A stretch of DNA of 64,000 nucleotides from Octopus vulgaris (lineage: Eukaryota): contig OX597836.1 in NCBI GenBank assembly GCA_951406725.2, positions 26,598,001 through 26,662,000 on the forward strand, given 5' to 3'. The notes beneath the pieces are model-generated. The model was not told the DNA's origin. It ran no database searches and saw nothing but the letters and a program-made list of their open reading frames with translations. The position numbers were made by a program, and so were the translations under genes. Positions 61,101 to 64,000 of the stretch are shown piece by piece; the stretch's first letter is position 1, and every line of letters starts with the position of its first letter.

Positions 61101-63528
61101 CAGCAAGGAAGACAGCAGAAAGGGTAAACAAATCAAACACTATAAATGGTTTGATAATCAAGATTTAACAAGCCTTTTTTTTTCTAAATAGATAGTGTAG
61201 CCATTATTAGAAAATAAGTGTTTAATCACACACAAAAACTGATTGAGAAAGAATAGTGGTGGCTGCAACATGACTTTTGGTTATGATTTCTTGTCAGCAA
61301 TAACAAAAATCAAGAGTTCAAATCTGACAGCAGTTCTAAGAAAATTATACTTACACAATGACCTTTGAACAACTCTCCTCAGTGAGTCCATGGATGACCA
61401 CTTCTTGTTTCGTCTCTTCAGAAATAGATGGTAAGGGTGGCGGTGGGGGGGAGACTGGGGCGCCAGCTGATGTGTTGCTGCTAGTAGTAGTAGTACTGCT
61501 TATTGCTGCTACAGCACTGGTATTACTGGGGGTGCCAAGATTAGTAGTAGAAGATTCTTGAGAAACCTCAGAGGCAGCTGCAAAATGAAGGAGTTTTTTT
61601 TTTTTTTTTAATATAAGGCTTTACAAACACACATGAAACAACAATTTGGGGTGGGAGTGGATACTACCCCAGTGTTTGGCTGATCATCATCCTTTAACAT
61701 CCATTTTCCATGCTGGCATGGGTTGGATGGTTTGACAGGAGATGACCAGTTGAAGAGTTGTTATTTAATCAACCTTAAATGCTAAAAGCTAATTTCACTT
61801 AATCTGAAAAGTCCTTACAAAAAAACTTTTAATTACAAAGTATTTGTTTAATCTCACTTAACAGTTTCATTTTAATTATAAGAACACCAATTATTACACA
61901 CAAACACCCAATTATATATTTGAATTATGTGATATTTCAGCAGTTAGTAGTTATGAGGGGACCAAGCTACATTAGTGTTATTCTAATGACTGTGTAAATG
62001 AGAAGTTTTGGGTATTTGCACATTTTTTTTTTACCATGGATATTTAATATCAATAATAAATGAAAACTTTAGTCAAAGAACTTATAAGTCTTCTAATGTT
62101 CAGCTTCACAGTTAAACGTAGGCCAGTAGGGAAAACAGAATGTACTTACCAGCAGGTTCAGCAGGGTAATTCTTGCTGTTGCTGGCAGCAGATTTTTCTT
62201 TGATCTCTTCTTTGCCAGGCAAGGCCAACATAATTGGGCGCCGATTCCCAGTTTCTTCATTAATCTGTTCATAAATTATTTTTTAAATGTACAATCATCA
62301 TTATCTCAGTAATAGTTGAAAAAAGTTTGATTAAGTTTTAAAATTTTGAAAACTAGGTTATGGAAAATTCCATTGTATTTCTTGATTAAAAACTAAAAGC
62401 TGAATTTTGATAATACTACAAACTACCCAAGAAGTTTTAAGTTAAAGAAAATATTTGGATTCTCCAAAATTAGAAGATCTCTGTGTAATCCAACCCTTTG
62501 CCAAATGTAATGCTTATTTATTCACAGTTTTGAATTAATTGTGCATTATCTCATAGCTTCAAGATTTCAATGACGTGATTTATTTTTAAAATGACATTCC
62601 AGGATAAGTGCAAGAGGCTGGATCTGGCCAATTTGAACATAAAAGAGGTATATTTGGGCTGGATATGGCCAGTCTAAATGCTAAAGGGTTAAGCAATTTT
62701 GGCAATACTTTCTATTTATTGAATCCAAAGAGGAAGGACATACTTATGAAAAGCTATGTAGGGGAAAGAAAAGCTTGGTATAGTTAGGAGTGCTTTTGTG
62801 ACAATATTTAGGGGTTCCAGAAAAGAACACAAGGAATTACAAAAATTGGTGGTGATAATCAGAATGGTTGGTATATCAGAGATGTCCTGAGTGCGGAAGA
62901 ACAAGAAGATTTTCAAAATAAGGTTTTGCAAGTTCACCCACCAGCTTTCTGACCAACCAAGATATCTCAATATATTTACTGGATTTAATGTTTATTAATA
63001 TCATTAGGTTAGATGTATTGATGTAAACCCAACAAATAATGAAACAAAGAATTTGACTTCGCTAATTATATGCACTAAGAGAGATTCTAAATACTAATGG
63101 TAGTTTGACTACTAATTACTTTATATAGTTTTTAATTTTTATTTTTTACACAATTATATTTGCAGGCAAGCATGGTTCCAATAGTCCTAAACTTATTGCT
63201 GTGTTGTTTACAGATGCAGTTTCAACTCTCACACACAGCCTTTGATGTTTTCTATCCAAAGGATTTTTTAAACCCAGTTATAGCTTTATCTGCTTTGAGT
63301 TTCAGCATTCTGAGAATGAATTATTTTTAAGTATTATAGGTTTTTTAAAGCAATATTTCATCACAAACTTGGATTTTTTTTTTTTTTTTTTTTTTTTTGA
63401 GAATTTACAAAATCACAGGCAATATTGAAAAACAATTGTTAAAACAAGTAAGAAGATTGTCATTCAGATTACAAACCTGGACCATGGTATTAAAATGAAC
63501 CGTGTACCTTCTTCTTCCAGCTTGAAAT
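619..63528 (-). CDS. HUWE1: E3 ubiquitin-protein ligase HUWE1, partial gene model (38 coding exons; 5' and 3' ends outside window)
   Basis: HECT motifs ([43 protein letters not shown]), UBM repeats ([14 protein letters not shown]), WWE end ([25 protein letters not shown]). All 38 exons join in frame with AG acceptors and GT donors (one GC). Confidence 0.97.
1510..1615 (-). CDS. HUWE1: HUWE1 exon, HECT ([35 protein letters not shown])
   Basis: Manual translation; CAG/GT boundaries, phase 2/0. Confidence 0.95.
2805..3370. mobile_element. piggyBac-type MITE (family E) carrying a nested RTE tail (2885-3055) and a nested family F MITE (3152-3352)
   Basis: CCCTTTAGCAT...ATGCTAAAGG termini; nested element flanked by duplicated TTAA. 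Confidence 0.8.
3443..3980 (-). mobile_element. 5'-truncated RTE LINE 3' UTR (family C) with (GAT)n tail and 4 internal repeat units
   Basis: Same tail as the RT-bearing copy at about 7395-8290; units start at 3607, 3670, 3738 and about 3806. Confidence 0.85.
4061..4331 (-). CDS. HUWE1: HUWE1 exon, HECT N-lobe ([14 protein letters not shown]...HIIGQAV)
   Basis: ORF 4057-4305 plus upstream codons; GTAAGT donor. Confidence 0.96.
4405..4810 (-). mobile_element. tRNA-derived SINE, family B, with internal microsatellite
   Basis: Head GGAGTGGCTGTGTGGTAAG...GGTTCAGTCCC; copies at 16293-16665 and 32620-33058. Confidence 0.88.
5699..5974 (-). CDS. HUWE1: HUWE1 exon, start of HECT ([13 protein letters not shown]...FYIVFE)
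   Basis: ORF 5688-5957; splice sites phase 1/1. Confidence 0.96.
7139..7345 (-). CDS. HUWE1: HUWE1 exon ([21 protein letters not shown]...DTQKFLKFA)
   Basis: Manual translation; TTTTAAG acceptor, GTAAGT donor; QKFLKFAE motif precedes HECT. Confidence 0.92.
7395..8290 (+). mobile_element. Degenerate RTE-clade LINE: partial reverse transcriptase fused to 3' UTR
   Basis: [63 protein letters not shown]; frameshift near 7790; internal deletion then (GAT)n tail. Confidence 0.92.
8584..8965 (-). mobile_element. SINE family A, full length, inserted in (TA)n
   Basis: Near-identical to 53-440; (TA)n on both sides. Confidence 0.9.
9324..9515 (-). CDS. HUWE1: HUWE1 exon ([21 protein letters not shown]...VEAFFLVHA)
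   Basis: ORF 9295-9564; phase 1/1. Confidence 0.93.
9598..9810. mobile_element. piggyBac-type MITE family E
   Basis: TAACCCTTAAG...CTTAAGGGTT termini; body shared with other copies. Confidence 0.75.
10149..10379. mobile_element. piggyBac-type MITE family E
   Basis: TTAA-CCCTTTAG...CTAAAGGG-TTAA. Confidence 0.85.
11367..11666 (-). CDS. HUWE1: HUWE1 exon, low-complexity S/T/A-rich linker
   Basis: ORF 11359-11643; TAG acceptor, GTAGGT donor, phase 1/1. Confidence 0.88.
11734..12044. mobile_element. Foldback/MITE with long terminal inverted repeats
   Basis: TAGGGTGGAGTGAAAATAA...AAAATGCTAAAATTT is mirrored by AAATTTAGCATTTT...TTATTTTCACTCCACCCTA. Confidence 0.75.
12234..12427 (-). CDS. HUWE1: HUWE1 exon ([27 protein letters not shown])
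   Basis: Conserved HUWE1 motif in ORF 12181-12474; phase 2/1. Confidence 0.93.
13105..13378. repeat. Long inverted repeat (arms of about 70 bp) next to (TA)n/(TAA)n
   Basis: AGGGAATAAATCCAAACTTACAGGGAAAAATTAGATTTAGGATTAAATCCAATTT and its reverse complement at about 13310-13364. Confidence 0.9.
13400..13993 (+). mobile_element. Degenerate mariner transposon fragment
   Basis: [30 protein letters not shown] (YSPDLAPSD-like), frameshifted C-terminus [21 protein letters not shown]; TIR-like end TTATGGGATGACCCAATA. Confidence 0.88.
14285..14733 (+). mobile_element. 5'-truncated CR1-clade LINE 3' end with (CTAA)n tail
   Basis: [10 protein letters not shown]...RRRGDLI...RGHSEKL...[13 protein letters not shown], typical of the CR1 ORF2 C-terminus. 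Confidence 0.88.
14790..14894 (-). CDS. HUWE1: HUWE1 exon ([34 protein letters not shown])
   Basis: CAG/GTGAGT boundaries, phase 2/2 fits both neighbours. Confidence 0.88.
15095..15305 (+). mobile_element. SINE family D (degenerate)
   Basis: GAGCTGGCAGA...GAGTTCAAATTCC...GCCTTTCATCCTTTCGGG, shared with 35983-36217. Confidence 0.75.
16293..16665 (-). mobile_element. SINE family B
   Basis: Homologous to 4405-4810. Confidence 0.85.
16809..16966 (-). CDS. HUWE1: HUWE1 exon ([24 protein letters not shown]...[10 protein letters not shown])
   Basis: Conserved [10 protein letters not shown] motif; GTAAGT donor. Confidence 0.93.
17441..17855. mobile_element. MITE with TIRs of about 28 bp and 8-bp TSD (Merlin- or hAT-like)
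   Basis: GGATCTTTTCGGTTTGAACGGCAGTTTT / AAAACTGCCGTTCAGATCGAAAAGATCC; TSD CAAACATG. Confidence 0.88.
18910..19545 (+). mobile_element. RTE LINE fragment (ORF2 C-terminal part and 3' UTR)
   Basis: [13 protein letters not shown]...[14 protein letters not shown] followed by family C tail. Confidence 0.85.
19624..19938 (+). mobile_element. 5'-truncated LINE of a second RTE-like family with (AAG)n tail and 12-bp TSD
   Basis: RWLGHALRR...[13 protein letters not shown]...[12 protein letters not shown]; TSD AATTAACAATCT at 19612-19623 and 19939-19950. Confidence 0.82.
20177..20247 (-). CDS. HUWE1: HUWE1 exon ([23 protein letters not shown])
   Basis: Within ORF 20108-20362; phase 1/0. Confidence 0.88.
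20399..21042 (+). repeat. Purine-rich minisatellite (GA)nAAGGT
   Basis: About 640 bp of GAGAGAGAAAGGT-type units with variable GA count. Confidence 0.97.
21658..21890. mobile_element. piggyBac-type MITE family E
   Basis: TTAACCCTTTAGCATTCAGATT start, degenerate right end. Confidence 0.75.
23488..24768 (-). CDS. HUWE1: HUWE1 large exon ([19 protein letters not shown]...[15 protein letters not shown])
   Basis: 425-aa ORF 23477-24754 with conserved HUWE1 blocks; phase 1/1. Confidence 0.96.
25180..25471 (-). CDS. HUWE1: HUWE1 exon, third UBM ([19 protein letters not shown])
   Basis: ORF 25040-25480; phase 0/1. Confidence 0.94.
25680..25938 (+). mobile_element. RTE LINE 3' tail (family C)
   Basis: GGTGGCACGTAAAAAGCACC units, GGAAGGGCATCCAGCT, (GAT)n tail. 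Confidence 0.85.
26609..26814 (-). CDS. HUWE1: HUWE1 exon, UBM motifs 1-2 ([22 protein letters not shown]; [16 protein letters not shown])
   Basis: Ubiquitin-binding motifs; GTGAGT donor. Confidence 0.95.
27410..27728 (+). mobile_element. RTE LINE 3' tail (family C)
   Basis: Same motifs and tail. Confidence 0.82.
27771..27880 (+). repeat. 23-bp tandem repeat AAAAGGGTTAAAAAATGGGAAGT
   Basis: About 4.5 copies read directly. Confidence 0.9.
27935..28086 (-). CDS. HUWE1: HUWE1 exon ([16 protein letters not shown]...NQEQG)
   Basis: Phase 2/1, CAG/GTGAGG. Confidence 0.85.
28234..28315 (-). CDS. HUWE1: HUWE1 exon ([26 protein letters not shown])
   Basis: Phase 1/2, CAG/GTAAGT; required for frame. 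Confidence 0.83.
28940..29352 (-). mobile_element. Two tandem degenerate SINE family D copies
   Basis: Two GATTTGAACTCAGAA...TGCCARCTCRCC heads separated by (TAA)n. Confidence 0.7.
29502..29851 (-). CDS. HUWE1: HUWE1 exon, disordered region with poly-Thr
   Basis: ORF 29494-29886; phase 2/1. Confidence 0.85.
30351..30543. mobile_element. piggyBac-type MITE family E
   Basis: TTAACCCTTTAGCG...ATGCTAAAGGG. Confidence 0.75.
31117..31417 (-). CDS. HUWE1: HUWE1 exon, disordered region
   Basis: ORF 31101-31388; TAG/GTACGT, phase 1/2. Confidence 0.83.
31522..31855 (-). mobile_element. RTE LINE 3' tail (family C)
   Basis: (CAT)n followed by GTTTAACATCCGTTTTCCATGCTAGC... Confidence 0.85.
32215..32520 (+). 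mobile_element. SINE family A variant (CORE-like central domain)
   Basis: AGTTCGATTCC B box, GTCCTTGAGCAGGACATT...CAGTCCACTCAGCTGG centre, family A tail. Confidence 0.75.
32620..33058 (+). mobile_element. SINE family B with expanded (TG)n
   Basis: Close reverse complement of 4405-4810. Confidence 0.88.
33190..33295 (-). CDS. HUWE1: HUWE1 exon ([20 protein letters not shown]...STPT)
   Basis: CAG/GTTGGT, phase 0/1, open frame. Confidence 0.83.
33455..33745 (+). mobile_element. RTE LINE 3' tail (family C)
   Basis: Family C motifs. Confidence 0.78.
34218..34478 (-). mobile_element. RTE LINE 3' tail (family C)
   Basis: (CAT)n and family C motifs. Confidence 0.85.
34592..34782 (-). CDS. HUWE1: HUWE1 exon ([26 protein letters not shown]...SNME), probable GC donor
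   Basis: ORF 34580-34804; AG|GCAAGT donor gives the required phase 0. Confidence 0.88.
34856..35084. mobile_element. piggyBac-type MITE family F
   Basis: TTAA-CCCTTTCGTTAC...GTAACGAAAGGT-TTAA; relatives at 3152-3352, 21138-21346, 22502-22722. Confidence 0.82.
35226..35390 (+). repeat. Inserted copy of intronic segment 39324-39486, flanked by 15-bp direct repeats
   Basis: Near-identical sequence; TAATTGATAAGGCTG at 35211-35225 and 35391-35405. Confidence 0.88.
35680..35803 (-). CDS. HUWE1: HUWE1 exon ([25 protein letters not shown])
   Basis: Conserved RWTEE motif; GTAAGT donor. Confidence 0.93.
35983..36217 (+). mobile_element. SINE family D, full length, 12-bp TSD
   Basis: Pol III-like head (GAGCTGGCAGA, GAGTTCAAATTC); TSD GGTATAAGTCTT. 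Confidence 0.9.
36590..36865. repeat. Degenerate AT-rich minisatellite (TTAATTACAATTGTATA-like)
   Basis: Recurrent TTACAATTGTA and TTAATT units. Confidence 0.75.
36986..37127 (-). CDS. HUWE1: HUWE1 exon ([14 protein letters not shown]...DVFDELFQ)
   Basis: Phase 2/0; completes the ILQRLLGP motif. Confidence 0.9.
38032..38267 (-). mobile_element. SINE family D, full length, 14-bp TSD
   Basis: Inverse of 35983-36217; TSD TCATGTCAGAAATA. Confidence 0.9.
38358..38571 (-). CDS. HUWE1: HUWE1 exon ([16 protein letters not shown]...TPVILQ)
   Basis: ORF 38354-38635; conserved HPLLVR. Confidence 0.92.
38749..38958. mobile_element. piggyBac-type MITE family E
   Basis: TTAACCCTTCAGCATT...AATGCTAAAGGGTTA. 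Confidence 0.8.
40008..40320 (+). mobile_element. SINE family A variant (CORE-like centre)
   Basis: AGTGGTTAGG A box, AGTTCGATTCCC B box, TGTGTCCTTGAGCAAAGCACTT centre, family A tail. Confidence 0.8.
40489..40578 (-). CDS. HUWE1: HUWE1 exon ([29 protein letters not shown]); alternative in-frame acceptor at 40614
   Basis: GTAAGT donor; two in-frame AG acceptors. Confidence 0.82.
41298..41424 (-). CDS. HUWE1: HUWE1 exon, acidic ([21 protein letters not shown]...VFST)
   Basis: CAG acceptor, phase 0/1. Confidence 0.9.
41629..41856. mobile_element. piggyBac-type MITE family E
   Basis: TTAA-CCCTTTAG...CTAAAGGG-TTAA. Confidence 0.85.
42129..42271 (-). pseudogene. Duplicated copy of HUWE1 exon 41298-41424 with donor but without the native acceptor
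   Basis: 3 substitutions in about 143 nt versus 41282-41424; identity stops exactly at the exon 5' end. Confidence 0.88.
42742..43085 (-). mobile_element. RTE LINE 3' tail (family C) with 3 internal units
   Basis: (CAT)n; three copies of GGTGCTTTT(T)ACGTG. Confidence 0.85.
43875..43987 (-). CDS. HUWE1: HUWE1 exon, Asp/Glu-rich ([19 protein letters not shown]...DEDE)
   Basis: TAG/GTAACT, phase 1/0. Confidence 0.9.
44820..45046. mobile_element. piggyBac-type MITE family E
   Basis: Right end AATGCTAAAGGGTTAA, body shared with other copies. Confidence 0.8.
46562..46708 (-). CDS. HUWE1: HUWE1 exon ([20 protein letters not shown]...AENNE)
   Basis: Within ORF 46557-46748; CAG/GTTAGT, phase 1/1. 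Confidence 0.87.
46929..47028 (-). CDS. HUWE1: HUWE1 exon ([33 protein letters not shown])
   Basis: CAG/GTAAGT, phase 0/1. Confidence 0.88.
47625..48205 (+). repeat. Tandem duplication with period of about 292 bp (SINE B head plus flank) bounded by (TA)n
   Basis: 47625-47916 is repeated at 47917-48205 with few substitutions. Confidence 0.9.
48586..49092 (-). mobile_element. Tc1/mariner superfamily (maT/DD37D-like) transposase fragment with terminal repeat
   Basis: [33 protein letters not shown]; TA-CAGGGTG terminus at 48586. Confidence 0.8.
50602..50720 (-). CDS. HUWE1: HUWE1 exon ([18 protein letters not shown]...DSELQ)
   Basis: Within ORF 50557-50775; phase 1/0. Confidence 0.87.
51380..51935 (-). 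mobile_element. Old SINE family B interrupted by a 5'-truncated family A copy (51499-51683, + strand)
   Basis: TSD ACTTATTCTAT at 51488-51498 and 51684-51694. Confidence 0.82.
52140..52385 (+). mobile_element. RTE LINE 3' tail (family C, degenerate)
   Basis: AAAAGCACC units, AGGAAGGGCATCCAGC, (GAT)n tail. Confidence 0.75.
52496..53051 (-). CDS. HUWE1: HUWE1 exon ([10 protein letters not shown]...[18 protein letters not shown]...[14 protein letters not shown])
   Basis: 184-aa ORF with conserved HUWE1 blocks. Confidence 0.96.
54182..54385 (-). CDS. HUWE1: HUWE1 exon ([20 protein letters not shown]...GQSELITE)
   Basis: Manual translation; TAG/GTGAGT, phase 0/0. Confidence 0.93.
55011..55237 (-). 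mobile_element. RTE LINE 3' tail (family C)
   Basis: Family C motifs. Confidence 0.85.
55248..55599 (+). mobile_element. Helentron-associated non-autonomous element (HINE/DINE-1-like)
   Basis: T-rich 5' end, (GTTT)n near the 5' end, subterminal CCTTGGCAGAGGT, 3' hairpin GCGCT-ATCTG-AGTGC then CTTGTT; deleted relative at about 1327-1420. Confidence 0.7.
56354..56469 (-). CDS. HUWE1: HUWE1 exon ([26 protein letters not shown]...APM)
   Basis: CAG/GTAAGA, phase 1/0. Confidence 0.87.
57601..57789 (-). CDS. HUWE1: HUWE1 exon ([16 protein letters not shown]...[11 protein letters not shown]...EDLD)
   Basis: CAG/GTAAGT, phase 1/1. Confidence 0.9.
57885..58100 (-). mobile_element. SINE family D
   Basis: Homologous to 38032-38267. 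Confidence 0.82.
58421..58796 (+). repeat. Direct duplication of about 375 bp (copy 1)
   Basis: Near-identical to 60760-61130. Confidence 0.92.
59195..59381 (-). CDS. HUWE1: HUWE1 exon ([21 protein letters not shown]...[10 protein letters not shown])
   Basis: ORF 59139-59381, conserved motif. Confidence 0.94.
59709..59978. mobile_element. hAT-type MITE
   Basis: TIR CAGGGGTTCCCAACC / GGTTGGGAACCCCCG; 8-bp TSD GTCTAACT / GTATAACT. Confidence 0.8.
60303..60543 (-). CDS. HUWE1: HUWE1 exon ([22 protein letters not shown]...FRHILEE...MEK)
   Basis: ORF 60294-60608; phase 2/0. Confidence 0.94.
60760..61130 (+). repeat. Direct duplication of about 370 bp (copy 2)
   Basis: Near-identical to 58421-58796. 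Confidence 0.92.
61355..61577 (-). CDS. HUWE1: HUWE1 exon, S/T/P-rich (...[11 protein letters not shown]...[14 protein letters not shown])
   Basis: CAG/GTAAGT, phase 1/2. Confidence 0.88.
62150..62264 (-). CDS. HUWE1: HUWE1 exon, end of WWE domain ([16 protein letters not shown])
   Basis: WWE motif; CAG/GTAAGT. Confidence 0.93.
62490..62692. mobile_element. piggyBac-type MITE family E
   Basis: AACCCTTT...AATGCTAAAGGGTTAA. Confidence 0.78.
63477..63528 (-). CDS. HUWE1: HUWE1 exon, WWE domain ([17 protein letters not shown])
   Basis: WWE motif; phase 2/0. Confidence 0.93.
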
Positions 63529-64000
63529 CTGAAAATTAAAAGGTTTTGATAAAATCCACTCAACCTGAGAGAAGGTTTAGAGAGAGCAAAGGGAAGAAGG
63601 GAATACAGATTACTAGGGGAGCAGGTGGATAAGATGAAATCAGCCAAGAACGTTTAAATGAGTAGTAAAGATTTATGGTTATTCAAAGAAAGGGTTTGCA
63701 AGTACTGTATTTTCTGGTATAGGAATTGAATTATTTAGGCCAAAATTTACAGTCAAAACAACAAAGAGGTTAGGTCAACTTATTTAGCCAGATGACTTTG
63801 GAGTACTAAAAATTCCTCGAGATACAGCAGGATTTAGAAAGATAGTGACAATGAATGTTTACTCTATATACTATGTCAACTTGCATGCCAGAAATTACGG
63901 TAAACCAAAGCACTTTGTGTATATCAAATGTTCTAGGTTTAATAAGGTAATCTAATTTAAATTCAATTCGTTAATGCCGACATATATCAAATAACATGGA

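Overview
AT-rich eukaryotic (metazoan) genomic DNA that lies entirely inside one large intron-rich gene on the minus strand: the HECT E3 ubiquitin ligase HUWE1 (MULE/ARF-BP1). I traced 38 phase-compatible coding exons between 63528 and 619 (8200 nt, about 2733 codons). They run from the WWE domain through the acidic region and three UBM motifs into the HECT domain. The 5' end and the last HECT exons (with the catalytic Cys) lie outside the window. Introns are filled with tRNA-headed SINEs, 5'-truncated RTE and CR1 LINE ends, Tc1/mariner fragments, piggyBac-type (TTAA), hAT-type and Merlin-like MITEs, a Helentron-associated element and microsatellites. The repeat families look like those of coleoid cephalopods (Octopus), which is an inference. 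No prokaryote-style system such as CRISPR is present. The most unusual observations are a near-perfect copy of a HUWE1 exon that lacks its acceptor, local duplications of intronic sequence (one flanked by a 15-bp target duplication), a strong unused 3' splice site that could produce a HECT-less isoform, a probable GC-AG intron, a degenerate BH3 motif, and inverted repeat pairs that could form dsRNA in the pre-mRNA.
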